Origin: Candidatus Dormibacteria bacterium
GTDB lineage: Bacteria; Chloroflexota; Dormibacteria; Aeolococcales; Bog-877
DNA: 64,000 nucleotides
NCBI GenBank assembly: GCA_049518775.1
Contig: JBEKRL010000003.1
Coordinates: 737 to 64,736, forward strand
Direction of reading: 5' to 3'
Part shown: positions 38,187-47,575 of the stretch, in pieces
How the letters are laid out: each line of letters starts with the position of its first letter
Position numbering within the stretch: position 1 is the stretch's first letter
The notes under the pieces: model-generated
Databases searched by the model: none
The model's input: the letters and a program-made list of their open reading frames with translations, nothing else
What the model was told of the DNA's origin: nothing
Made by a program: the position numbers and the translations under genes

Positions 38187-39401
38187 TCAGACTCGGCTCA
38201 GCCGCCACCACAGTCCGGGCGCGGCCAGCGCCCGGCCCAGGACCAGGGGCTCGCGGAGACGGTAGCCGGCCGGGCTTGACACCGTCACCGACCCGACCCT
38301 GGCGCCCCGCCGGAGGGGTGTCCGCAGCCGCCGGAGCCGGGCCCGCAGGCTGAGCCTGGCGCCCGACAGGGCCACCAGCTGAATCCGGCCGGCCGCCCGG
38401 ACGGGGACCGGGCCCGCCCACCTTGCGGTGACCTCGCCCTGGGCCAGAGCGGCCAGCGGCAGCGAGACGGCGTGAAGCCCGGCACTGACGCTCTGGAGCA
38501 GCGCGACGACGGCCACCCCAGCCACCCGGAGCGCCGCCGAGGGGCCGCCAGGCTGCCCCAGAACCGCCCCCACCACCATTACTTGACGACCCTCCACCCG
38601 ATCCATGGCGGCGAAGACCAGGCAGCCCAGGGCAGCGGCGGTCCACCCGGTCTTGACCCCCACCACCCCGTCCTGTCCGAGCAGGAAGTTGAAGTTGTGG
38701 ACCAGCCCCACCACCGGGAGGACCGCGCTGGGCATCGCCACGATCGTGGCAAAGACCTGGTCCTCCATCGCCCGCCGGGCAAGGGTGACCAGGTCTCGTG
38801 CCGAGCTCACGCTGGCAGGGTCCAGGCCGCTGCTGTCGGCGAAGTGGGTGTCGGTCAGCCCCAGGGAGACGGCCAGGGCGTTCATCTGAACCACGAAGCT
38901 GGCCTCCGAACCCGCGTCCCAGCTGGCCAAGAGCTCCGCCAGATTGTCCCCCGAGGGGATCAGCAGTCCCTCCAGGAGCTGGAGCTCACTGAGCTGCTCG
39001 CCGGCCTCCACCGCGACCACGGAATCGCCGGCGGCCAGCTCGGTCTGGTAGAGGTCGACATCGTCCGCCCCCACCGTCACGATCGGCCCCGGCTCGCCCA
39101 GCGCCAGCGGGTGGGCCTGGAGGATCACCAGGGCGGTCATGATCTTGGTGACGCTGGCGATCGGCACCGGCACCTGGTTGCCACCACTTCCCAGCCACCC
39201 GAATCCCGACAGGTAGAGCGCCGCCTGGCCCGCGTCGGGCCAGGGGAGCGCTGCCCTGGCGCCGGGGACGGTGTAGGAGCTGGCGACGGAGATCCGCACC
39301 CTGGGCGCTGGAACGGACCGGCCCAGCTGCAGCCCGACTGCGATCGCCAAGGCGGCCACTGCCACCAGTGCCCCCGCCGCCACCAGGCGCGACACCCGCA
39401 C
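38187..39401 (-). CDS. D-alanyl-D-alanine carboxypeptidase (serine type)
   Basis: Signal/TM, SxxK (ASVTK), SxN-like PSGDN, KTG (VKTGWT). Confidence 0.8.
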   Translation of the reverse strand: MRVSRLVAAGALVAVAALAIAVGLQLGRSVPAPRVRISVASSYTVPGARAALPWPDAGQAALYLSGFGWLGSGGNQVPVPIASVTKIMTALVILQAHPLALGEPGPIVTVGADDVDLYQTELAAGDSVVAVEAGEQLSELQLLEGLLIPSGDNLAELLASWDAGSEASFVVQMNALAVSLGLTDTHFADSSGLDPASVSSARDLVTLARRAMEDQVFATIVAMPSAVLPVVGLVHNFNFLLGQDGVVGVKTGWTAAALGCLVFAAMDRVEGRQVMVVGAVLGQPGGPSAALRVAGVAVVALLQSVSAGLHAVSLPLAALAQGEVTARWAGPVPVRAAGRIQLVALSGARLSLRARLRRLRTPLRRGARVGSVTVSSPAGYRLREPLVLGRALAAPGLWWRLSRV

Positions 39402-39410
39402 GCCCGCAGC

Positions 39411-41126
39411 TCAGAGTAGGCTGACCACTGACACCACCCGAGGGCGCCAGGCTCCCCCGTGGGCCAGGTGGGCAGTCATGGCCTGAGTCGTCGCACGACC
39501 CACCTCGGCGACGTCGTGGAAGGCCCGCTCGCGCTCGCGGATCATCCGCCGCACGCGGGCCTTTCCTTCGTCGACTACTCGCCGCTCCTCAAGGGAGGCA
39601 CCCCCCACCACCAGGGCCTCTGGCCCGGCGGCCAAGCGGCTGAGGGACCGGTCCATGGTCACCGAAACCACCACCACCAGCCCATCCGCGGGCCCGGCCG
39701 CGGACGCAGTGGGCGGCGCTCCGTCCCCTCCGAGGGTCCGGCCGTCAGCGTCGATGGGGACGGCGCCGACACCCACGCTGCCGGCGACCCACTGCTGGTC
39801 GGGAGACAGTTCCAGGACGGTACCGTTCTCGACGACCGCGACAGTCTCCTTGGGCAGGCCGGCCAGGCCGGCCAGGCGAGCGTGGGCGACCAGGTGGCGC
39901 GGCTCACCGTGGACGGGGACGAAGGCCCGGGGACGGAGCAGGTGGAGGATGAACCTGAGCTCCTCCGCGGAACCGTGCCCGCTGGCGTGTACCCCGTCGC
40001 GGCTCCCCGCCAGTACCTGCACTCCCTGCCCGACCAGGCTGTTCACGATCCTGCTCACGGTCGCCTCATTGCCGGGCACCGGGTTGGCCGCCAGGACCAC
40101 GGTGTCGTCCTCACGGACCCGGATGAATGGGTGAGTGCCGGCGGCTATCCGGCTGAGCGCCGCCAGCGGCTCGCCCTGCGACCCGGTCGCCAGTAGGCAG
40201 AGCTGGGAAGGGGGTATTCCGGGCAACTCCCGCGGTGAGGCCAGCAGGCCGGGCGCAAGGTCGAGGTAGCCCAGCCCCGCCGCGGTGTCGGCGTTGCGGA
40301 CCATGCTCTGCCCCACCAGGCAGCAGCGCCGACCGACCTCTCGGGCCAGCTCCAGGGTCTGCCGCATCCGCGCCAGGTTGCTGGCGAAGGTGACCACCAC
40401 CACCCGACCGGGTGCCTCGGTCAGCGCGCGCCTCAGCGCCGGTCGCACCGTCAGCTCCGATGGGGTCAGCCCGGGAAGGGTGGCGTTGGTGCTGTCGCTG
40501 AGCAGCAGCCTGACCCCCTGGTCGCCCAGCTCAGCCAGGCGCCGAAGGTCGGGACCGCGTCCCCCCACCGGGGAGTGGTCGAGCTTGAAGTCCCCGGTGT
40601 GAACCACCAGGCCGGCCGAGGTCTGGATCGCCAGCCCGCAGCTGCCGGGCACGCTATGGGTCATGTGGACCAGCTCCACCACCAGCTCCCCCGCCGAGAA
40701 GGGCACCCCCAGATCCACTTCGTGAAGCCGGGCCCGGCCCGCGTAGCCGCGTCGGTCCAGCTTGTTGCGGAGCAACCCGATGGTCATCGCTGTGCCGTAC
40801 ACCGGCACGTCCAGCTCAGGTAGATAGAAGGGCAGAGCCCCGATGTGGTCCTCATGCCCGTGAGTGAGCAGTACCGCCCGGACCCTACTCAGCCGGGTCC
40901 TCAGGAAGCCAATGTCGGGCAGCACCACGTCGACCCCTGAGGCCTCCTGCTCGGGGAAGGCGAGCCCGGCGTCGATCACCACCACGTCCTGACCCACCTC
41001 CAGGAGGGAGAGGTTCTTCCCGATCTCACCCACACCGCCAAGCGGGACGAACCGCAGCAGCCCCGGAGCCGGCGCCGCCAGGGGGCTCCCACCGGCGGCA
41101 GCCGGATGAAGCCTAGAAGAGACCAA
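39411..41126 (-). CDS. rnj: ribonuclease J
   Basis: LRFVPLGGVGEIGKN, THGHEDHIGALPF metallo-beta-lactamase motif, beta-CASP region. The start is uncertain: TTG 41126 is chosen, while the track start at 41219 lies 107 nt inside udg. Confidence 0.85.
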   Translation of the reverse strand: MVSSRLHPAAAGGSPLAAPAPGLLRFVPLGGVGEIGKNLSLLEVGQDVVVIDAGLAFPEQEASGVDVVLPDIGFLRTRLSRVRAVLLTHGHEDHIGALPFYLPELDVPVYGTAMTIGLLRNKLDRRGYAGRARLHEVDLGVPFSAGELVVELVHMTHSVPGSCGLAIQTSAGLVVHTGDFKLDHSPVGGRGPDLRRLAELGDQGVRLLLSDSTNATLPGLTPSELTVRPALRRALTEAPGRVVVVTFASNLARMRQTLELAREVGRRCCLVGQSMVRNADTAAGLGYLDLAPGLLASPRELPGIPPSQLCLLATGSQGEPLAALSRIAAGTHPFIRVREDDTVVLAANPVPGNEATVSRIVNSLVGQGVQVLAGSRDGVHASGHGSAEELRFILHLLRPRAFVPVHGEPRHLVAHARLAGLAGLPKETVAVVENGTVLELSPDQQWVAGSVGVGAVPIDADGRTLGGDGAPPTASAAGPADGLVVVVSVTMDRSLSRLAAGPEALVVGGASLEERRVVDEGKARVRRMIRERERAFHDVAEVGRATTQAMTAHLAHGGAWRPRVVSVVSLL

Positions 41127-41784
41127 GCTGCTCGGCGCTCGGGGTCGTCTCCGCCGGGGCCGGCGGCGCCGCGACCGGGGCGCTCTCCAGGTGGGCCCTG
41201 AGCTGCCGGAAATCCTCACGGAGCACCGAGAGCAGGGCCCCGTTGTAGAGCGCCGCCGCCGGGTGGTAACAGGGCATGTAGGCCCGGCTCCCGCTGCGGA
41301 TCACCTTCCCGTGGGCCCGCGAGATGCCCGGCGCTCCCGGCAGCAGCCGCTGCAGGGCATGCCGTCCCAGCACCAGGATCACCTCGGGCTTGAGCACCTC
41401 GATCTGGTCGTCTAGGTAGCCGGCGCAGGCCTCGACCTCCTCGGGCAGTGGGTCCCGGTTGCCAGGCGGGCGGGACTTCAGCACGTTGGTGATGAAGATG
41501 TCGTCCCGGCTCAGACCGATCTCCTCCAGGAGCTCGGTGAGCAGCCGTCCGGCCGCGCCCACGAAGGGCCTGCCCTCGAGGTCCTCTCGCTCCCCGGGAG
41601 CCTCCCCCACCGCCATGAGCCGGGCAGTGGCAGGTCCGGTCCCCGGCACCCCCTGGGTCCGGCTGCGGTGGAGCGCGCACCTGGTGCAGGACCTCACCTG
41701 GACGGCGATCTCGTCCAGGCGGGCCTGCGCCCTCTCGGCGCCGCCGGGCGCCGGGTCAGGAGCCGTGAGGCTGCTCACCGTCAC
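41113..41784 (-). CDS. uracil-DNA glycosylase, family 4
   Basis: CTRCALHRSRTQ (Fe-S Cys), GEAPGEREDLEGRPFVGAAGRLL, HPAAALY. The GTG start overlaps the pnp end by about 25 nt. Confidence 0.85.
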   Translation of the reverse strand: MTVSSLTAPDPAPGGAERAQARLDEIAVQVRSCTRCALHRSRTQGVPGTGPATARLMAVGEAPGEREDLEGRPFVGAAGRLLTELLEEIGLSRDDIFITNVLKSRPPGNRDPLPEEVEACAGYLDDQIEVLKPEVILVLGRHALQRLLPGAPGISRAHGKVIRSGSRAYMPCYHPAAALYNGALLSVLREDFRQLRAHLESAPVAAPPAPAETTPSAEQLGLF

Positions 41785-43924
41785 GTGGACCTGTTGGGGG
41801 CGGGCTGCCAGCGCCGCGCTCGCCCCGTCCGGCCAGCTCCAGGATGGCCTGCTTGCGGGACAGGTTGACCCGGCCCCGGTCATCGATCTCGGTCACCTTG
41901 ACCATGATCTCGTCACCGATGCTGACCACATCCTCGACCTTGCCCACCCGCTGCTCGGCCAGCTGGGAGATGTGGACCAGGCCGTCCTGTCGAGGCAGAA
42001 TCTCGACGAAGGCGCCGAAGGGCATGATCCGGACCACCTTGCCCTTGTAGATCCGGCCCACCTCCACCGACTCGGTGAGGTCGCGGATCATCGCCACCGC
42101 CCGCTCCATCGCCTCCTCGTCGACCGTGGCCAGGAAGACCTTCCCGTCGTCCTCGATGTCGATCTGGCAGCCGGTCTCCTCCTGGATCCGGCGGATGGTC
42201 TTGCCACCAGGCCCAATCAGGTCGCGGATCTTGTCGGGGTGGATATGCAGGGTGATGATCCGAGGTGCGTGGATGGACATCGCCTGGCGCGGGGCTGAGA
42301 TGGCCTCGGCCATCTTGTCGAGGATGTGAAGCCTCCCCTGCCGTGCCTGCTCCAGGGCCTGGCGGAAGAGCTCCGAGCTGAGGCCCCGAGCCTTCATGTC
42401 CATCTGCAGGGCGGTCACTCCCTTGCGCGTCCCGGCGACCTTGAAGTCCATGTCGCCGAGGGCGTCCTCCATGCCCTGGATGTCGGAGAGGATGGCGTAG
42501 CGCGACGGGTCGTTCGCGTCGGTGATTAGTCCCATGGCGATGCCCCCGACCGGGGCCGCGATGGGGACCCCCGCGTCCATCAGGGACAGGGTGCTGCCGC
42601 AGACACTCGCCATCGAGGTGCTTCCGTTGCTGGAGAGGATCTCGGTCACGATCCGGATCACGTAGGGGAACTCGTCGGCGGGCGGAACCATGATCTTCAC
42701 CGCCCGCTCCGCCAGAGCCCCGTGCCCAATCTCCCGACGGCCGGGGGAACGCAGCGGCCTGGCCTCACCAACCGAGAAGGGCGGGAAGTTGTAGTGGTGC
42801 ATGTAGCGCTTGAACTCTTCCAAGCCCAGCCCGTCGAGCCTCTGCTGATCCGACAGGGTGCCCAGAGTGACCACCGAGAGAGCCTGGGTCTGCCCCCTCG
42901 TGAACACGGCGCTTCCGTGAGCCCTGGGCAGCACCCCGACCTCACACCAGATCGGCCGGATCTCGTCGGTCCTGCGCCCGTCAGGGCGCATCCCGCGGTC
43001 GAGGATCGCCCGGCGGACGGCCGACTTCAAGACCGCCTCGAAAGCGGTCGCGATGTCGCCGGCCCCGTCCGGGAACCTCGGGGTCAGCTCTGCCACCACG
43101 TCCGAGCGGAGCCTGTCGACCCGGGTGTCGCGCTGGGCCTTGTCGCTCTCCACGAAGACCCGGTCGATCCTCTCAGCGGCAATCTCCGCCACCGCGGCCC
43201 TCAGCTCAGCGGGCACCCCCACGTGGAGGTACTCCATGTCGGGCTTTCCCACCTTGGCGACCAGCTCGTCGATCAGCGAGATCAACTCGCGGATCCGCTC
43301 GTGGGCCCGGGCCAGCGCCTGCACCAGGATCTCCTCCGAAACCTCGTTGGCGCCGGCCTCCACCATGTTGATGGAATCGCGGGTCCCCGCCACCACCAGG
43401 TCCAGCTGGCCACGTTCGATGTCGGGCATGCTGGGGTTCTCCACCAGCTCTCCATCGAACAGTCCCATCCGGACTGCGGCGACCGGGCCGTCATGAGGGA
43501 TGTCGCTGATGGCCACCGCTGCCCCAGCTCCGACCAGGGCCAGGATGGTGGGGTCGTGGACCTGGTCGGTGGAGAGCACCGTGGCCACGATCTGGACGTC
43601 GTTGCGGAAGTCCTTGGGGAAGAGCGGCCGCATGGGGCGATCGATCATCCTGGAGGTCAGGGTTGCCGCCTCGGAGGGCCTCGCCTCCCGGCGCATGAAG
43701 GCGCCCGGGATCCGGCCCACCGAGTACATCTTCTCCTCGTAGTCGCAGGTCAGAGGGAAGAAGTCGATGCCCGGCCGGGGCGCACTGCTGGCGGTGGCGG
43801 TGACCAGCACCACCGTGTCGCCGTGGCGCACCCAGACCGCGCCGTTGGCCTGACCGGCCATCCAGCCGGTCTCGATGCTCAGTTCCGAGCCGTCAAAGGT
43901 GCGCGAAACAACTGTCTTTTCCAC
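41756..43924 (-). CDS. pnp: polynucleotide phosphorylase
   Basis: Two RNase PH domains plus KH (GGKTIRRIQEETG) and S1 (GKVVRIMPFGAFVEI). The GTG start has GGGAGG 7 nt upstream. Confidence 0.95.
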   Translation of the reverse strand: MEKTVVSRTFDGSELSIETGWMAGQANGAVWVRHGDTVVLVTATASSAPRPGIDFFPLTCDYEEKMYSVGRIPGAFMRREARPSEAATLTSRMIDRPMRPLFPKDFRNDVQIVATVLSTDQVHDPTILALVGAGAAVAISDIPHDGPVAAVRMGLFDGELVENPSMPDIERGQLDLVVAGTRDSINMVEAGANEVSEEILVQALARAHERIRELISLIDELVAKVGKPDMEYLHVGVPAELRAAVAEIAAERIDRVFVESDKAQRDTRVDRLRSDVVAELTPRFPDGAGDIATAFEAVLKSAVRRAILDRGMRPDGRRTDEIRPIWCEVGVLPRAHGSAVFTRGQTQALSVVTLGTLSDQQRLDGLGLEEFKRYMHHYNFPPFSVGEARPLRSPGRREIGHGALAERAVKIMVPPADEFPYVIRIVTEILSSNGSTSMASVCGSTLSLMDAGVPIAAPVGGIAMGLITDANDPSRYAILSDIQGMEDALGDMDFKVAGTRKGVTALQMDMKARGLSSELFRQALEQARQGRLHILDKMAEAISAPRQAMSIHAPRIITLHIHPDKIRDLIGPGGKTIRRIQEETGCQIDIEDDGKVFLATVDEEAMERAVAMIRDLTESVEVGRIYKGKVVRIMPFGAFVEILPRQDGLVHISQLAEQRVGKVEDVVSIGDEIMVKVTEIDDRGRVNLSRKQAILELAGRGERGAGSPPPTGPRDGEQPHGS

Positions 43925-44158
43925 AAGGTGCCTCCCCGCGGCCCCGGCCCGGTGAGGGAGAAGACCTCGCACCGGCGGAGCCGGCGCGGTTGAAAAGAGG
44001 GGATGAGAGCTGAACTTCGGTTCGGCTCCGATCGCCAGTCTCCAACCGCGCGCTGGTCGCCCGGGTGAGGTCTGCCGCCACTCCCGTGGGCAGAGTCCGC
44101 GGTCGTACAAAAGGACCGGCGCTCGGTTGCGATCGAGTCAGCCGGATATCGGTCGACG

Positions 44159-44425
44159 TCAGTGGCGCAGCCCCAGCTTGGCGATGAGGGCGCGGTAACG
44201 AGCGATGTCCACCCGCATCAGGTAGTCCAGCAACCGCCGCCTCTTTCCCACCAGCTTCAGCAGGCCACGCCGGGTGTGGTGATCCTTGGGGTGAACCTTG
44301 AGGTGCTCGGTGAGCTCCCGGATGCGCTCGCTGAAGATGGCGATCTGGACCTCTGGCGAGCCGGTATCGCTCTCGTGCTGGCGGTGATCCTGGATCACCG
44401 CGGCCTTGGCTTCCCCTTGAAGCAT
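44159..44425 (-). CDS. rpsO: 30S ribosomal protein S15
   Basis: [57 protein letters not shown]. Confidence 0.95.
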   Translation of the reverse strand: MLQGEAKAAVIQDHRQHESDTGSPEVQIAIFSERIRELTEHLKVHPKDHHTRRGLLKLVGKRRRLLDYLMRVDIARYRALIAKLGLRH

Positions 44426-44503
44426 GCTTGGGCGAATCTCCTTCAGTCACCACGAGGCCCGCCCACACGGAAATTCCGGCTCGAGCTGAGCTCCGGGACC
44501 GCG

Positions 44504-44514
44504 TGAGCATAGCA
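44504..44514 (-). promoter_or_regulatory. extended -10 TGcTATGCT of rpsO
   Basis: The gene strand reads TGCTATGCTCA about 75 nt upstream of the rpsO ATG. It is identical to the 11-mer upstream of tRNA-Pro. Confidence 0.45.
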
Positions 44515-44621
44515 CAAGCCCTAGAGCGCTCCCGCGGACCGCGCCCCACCTCGCCGGAGCCTGTGGGCATCGCTCGCGACGACCGTCCGTCCCGGCCGCC
44601 CCGCCGCCCCCAGGGACCCGG

Positions 44622-44699
44622 TGGGGTGGCTAGAGGGACTCGAACCCTCGACCTCCAGGGCCACAACCTGGCACTCTAACCAACTGAGCTATAGCCACC
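44622..44699 (-). tRNA. tRNA-His (anticodon GTG)
   Basis: Acceptor GTGGCTA/TAGCCAC with a genome-encoded G-1 opposite discriminator C. Anticodon arm CCAGG-TTGTGGC-CCTGG, T arm GAGGG-TTCGAGT-CCCTC, CCA encoded. Confidence 0.9.
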
Positions 44700-44711
44700 G
44701 CGAGGGGCCAA

Positions 44712-44717
44712 ATTATA
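44712..44717 (-). promoter_or_regulatory. -10 element TATAAT for tRNA-His
   Basis: Consensus TATAAT on the gene strand, 12 nt before G-1. Confidence 0.5.
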
Positions 44718-44752
44718 GGAGCGGCCCCAAACTCCTCTCAGCAAGGAACCCC

Positions 44753-45241
44753 ATGCCCGTCACCACTCCCCCCGCCGACGCCGACGCCGACGCCCAGGCG
44801 ATGCGCAGGGCGCTCCGGCTGGCCCGGGCCGCGGGAAGACGGGGCGAGGTGCCGATCGGGGCCGTGGTCGTGTACCAGGGCCGGGTCATCGCCGCGGCCT
44901 CCAACCGGGTGGAGCGCTCCCGGGACGCCTCGGCGCACGCCGAGCTGCTCGCGCTGCGCCAAGCGGCCGCCAGGCTCCAGTCCTGGCGGCTCCACGGCTG
45001 CACCCTCTACTCCACCCTGGAGCCCTGCCCGATGTGCGCGGGAGCCCTGCTCCTGGCTCGGATCGACGAGGTCGTCTACGGCGCCGATGATCCTCGCAAA
45101 GGCGCCTACCGGACCGTCTACGACGTCCTGGGCAACCCCTCCGGCAACCACCACCCAGTGGTCCGCCCTGGCTGTGAGGCCGAGTCGGCTTCGGCCCTGC
45201 TCCAACGCTTCTTCCGAAGCCTGCGCGACCCTGGAGGCTGA
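44753..45241 (+). CDS. tadA: tRNA-specific adenosine deaminase
   Basis: HAELLALRQA (HAE) and LEPCPMCAGAL (PCxxC) zinc motifs. Start set at the ATG after the tRNA-His antisense region. Confidence 0.9.
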   Translation: MPVTTPPADADADAQAMRRALRLARAAGRRGEVPIGAVVVYQGRVIAAASNRVERSRDASAHAELLALRQAAARLQSWRLHGCTLYSTLEPCPMCAGALLLARIDEVVYGADDPRKGAYRTVYDVLGNPSGNHHPVVRPGCEAESASALLQRFFRSLRDPGG

Positions 45242-45242
45242 G

Positions 45243-46106
45243 TTGTCCGCCGGCCTCCCCGCGCCGCTCCCAACCACGGTCGCCGGACTGCCCGGGATCC
45301 ACACCCTCGCCAGAGGGCCCCGGCGGCAGCTCACGATCCTGCTGGCCCACGGCGTACTCTGCGACCACACCTTCCTCGAGCCATGGGTGGCCTGGTTCGG
45401 AGCGGCCGGGTTCGACACCTACGCCGTCTCCCGTAGGGGACGTCAGGGCCAGCCGCCGCTCCACTCGGACGGCGTCACCTTCGAGGACTTCCTCAGCGAC
45501 ACCCGCAGAGCCGCAGGGGCACTGCCCCATCCCCTCCTCCTGGTGGGTCACAGCTTGGGCGGAATCCTGGCGCTCAAGGCGGCCGAGCAGGGAGCCTGCG
45601 AGGCGGTGGCGCTGCTCGCCCCCGTCCCTCCACGGGGGATCATTCCGCTGGGCCGTATTCGCGACCTGCCGCCACAGCTGGCCCAGGTGGGATCGCTCCT
45701 GAGCGGAGGCACCTTCTACCCCAGCTTCCGGCAGGCCACCGCCATGTTCATGGGGCGGATCCCTCAACCGCAGCGCCGGGATCTGTACCGGCGCTACACC
45801 CCGGACTCCGCTCGAGCGGTGCGGACCACCTACATCCCCGGGGTCCGCGTCGACCCATCTCGAATGAGGGTTCCGCTGCTCTGCCTGGTCGGCGCGGAGG
45901 ACGCCACCATCCCCCCCAAGACCGTCGCCCGGCTCGCTCAACGCTATGGCGGCCACTTTCACAGCCTCTCGGGCCACGCCCACGAACTGGTCGCCGAGCC
46001 ACGATGGCAGGAGGTGGCCCAGGTGATCGCGAGCTGGGCCGAGGGGATAGCCCCCAACCTCGCGCCCGAGGCCGGAGGCCAGGCGACCGCCAGGCCGCGA
46101 GCCTGA
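45243..46106 (+). CDS. alpha/beta hydrolase
   Basis: LLAHG oxyanion region and GHSLGG nucleophile elbow. The start is uncertain; TTG 45243, just after the tadA stop, is chosen. Confidence 0.7.
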   Translation: MSAGLPAPLPTTVAGLPGIHTLARGPRRQLTILLAHGVLCDHTFLEPWVAWFGAAGFDTYAVSRRGRQGQPPLHSDGVTFEDFLSDTRRAAGALPHPLLLVGHSLGGILALKAAEQGACEAVALLAPVPPRGIIPLGRIRDLPPQLAQVGSLLSGGTFYPSFRQATAMFMGRIPQPQRRDLYRRYTPDSARAVRTTYIPGVRVDPSRMRVPLLCLVGAEDATIPPKTVARLAQRYGGHFHSLSGHAHELVAEPRWQEVAQVIASWAEGIAPNLAPEAGGQATARPRA

Positions 46107-46136
46107 ACTGAGGGCCTGGGAGCGCGACCCCGGTCC

Positions 46137-46142
46137 TACAAT
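46137..46142 (+). promoter_or_regulatory. -10 element TACAAT for tRNA-Ser(CGA)
   Basis: TACAAT lies 13 nt upstream of the mature 5' end. Confidence 0.45.
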
Positions 46143-46155
46143 CGCTCCGGGCCGA

Positions 46156-46241
46156 GGAGAGGTGTCCGAGTGGTTTAAGGTGCCGCTCTCGAAAAGCGGT
46201 GTGGTTACAAGCCACCGCGGGTTCGAATCCCGCCCTCTCCG
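46156..46241 (+). tRNA. tRNA-Ser (anticodon CGA)
   Basis: Acceptor GGAGAGG/CCTCTCC, anticodon arm CCGCT-CTCGAAA-AGCGG, long variable arm, T arm GCGGG-TTCGAAT-CCCGC, discriminator G. CCA is not encoded. Confidence 0.9.
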
Positions 46242-46559
46242 CCGGACTCCCCTGGGGCTGAGGCCCTCCTCCCGCACCGCGGCCGGGCTCGCCGGCTGCA
46301 ACCGTCCCCGCTCGGCCAGGCGCCCGCGGCCACCCCCACCGCCGACCCTTCGGCCGGCGAGCGCCGCTCCGATGACGTCGACACCCCGACTAGGACGAGG
46401 GCGAGACCGGTGGCGACCCCAGCGAGACGACGCCGCCCACCGCGGGCCGGTGAGGTTCCGACAGCGTCAGCCTGGCCGGCGGGACGATCTCGGGCCACGC
46501 CGCCACGGGCTTGGTCTCTCAGGACGTTGCATCCCGCGGTCGGCCGGAGTCCAATCCGA

Positions 46560-46913
46560 CTACTCGACCAGGTGCAGCGCCGCCTCCTCTGCCGGAAGTT
46601 CGTCGTCCTCCTCGTCCAGCTCCTCGCTGCCGTAGAGGTCACGCTCCGGTTCCTCACCCTCGACGATTTCCAGACCGTGGGGGACCGGTCGCTGGGACCG
46701 GTCGGGCTCCTCCGCCCGCAACCGCTCGTCGAGGGACTCACCAGCGCTCCGGGGGCGCGGTTCTCGCAGCGAGATGTCCCGCGGCCGGTTCTCATCCCCG
46801 ACAATCTCGGCCGGGTCCGGCTCCTCGTGTCCCGGAAACGAGCTGCTATCGGCCGGGGCGTCGTTCCACGGTAGGTCCTCTTCCGCGCGCCGATCCGATC
46901 GCCGCTGCCCCAT
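46560..46913 (-). CDS. acidic DUF5709-like protein
   Basis: GESLDERLRAEEPD and C-terminal AEEAALHLVE match my memory of the actinobacterial DUF5709 pattern. GGGGAGGAG SD lies upstream of ATG 46913. The longer track ORF N-terminus is discarded. Confidence 0.65.
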   Translation of the reverse strand: MGQRRSDRRAEEDLPWNDAPADSSSFPGHEEPDPAEIVGDENRPRDISLREPRPRSAGESLDERLRAEEPDRSQRPVPHGLEIVEGEEPERDLYGSEELDEEDDELPAEEAALHLVE

Positions 46914-47575
46914 CACTCCTCCCCGGTTGCCCACGCTCAGCCCCACGAGGCGGACCACGCCACCTTTCACAGAGTAGCGCGTCGCCCCAGGCACGTCGCT
47001 ACGGAGGAGCTGAGCCGCCAAGCCCACCACCTTGGGAGACAGGCGCAAGGCGGAGCGCACTGCCCAAAGCTGCAGCCCCAGGCTGCAGCGGTCGCGCTCC
47101 GCTCGGGGCACCTGGCCGCGCCGGTGACCCAGCTCTCGGCCCCCTCGCGGACCCACCTGCCGGCACTCTGGGCGACGTCGACTCCTTGACGCCGAGACAC
47201 CTCAGGCTCCGCCGGTTCCGCCACCGCGATTCCGCCTGACCGGCGCTCTTCCCTTACCGTCGACGGTTGCCCCACTCCGCCAGCGCCGAGTTGGGCCCAT
47301 GGCTCCGGCGAGCTTGCCCATCCGCGGCCCCAACCGGCTGCTGACCCGCGACCGCCAAGCTGCTTGCCCCGGCCCGTCGCCTTCCCCGCGGTGACGGCTG
47401 TGCCTGCACAGCCACGCAGATGCCAGCTCCCGCAGCCAGCGAGCATGGCCAGCAGATACGGGAGTCGGGACCCAGCCCCTGCCGCCGTGGGCCTGATGGC
47501 GCTGCCCGGCCGCCAGTGCCCCGGCCACCACAAGGCCAGGAGACCGGAATGACCCGCGCCGAGCCGCCCTTGGAC

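Noticed and set aside
42722-43993. 423-aa plus-strand ORF
   Set aside because: It is antisense to pnp.
44886-46301. 471-aa minus-strand ORF
   Set aside because: It is antisense to tadA, the hydrolase and tRNA-Ser, and its translation is low-complexity.
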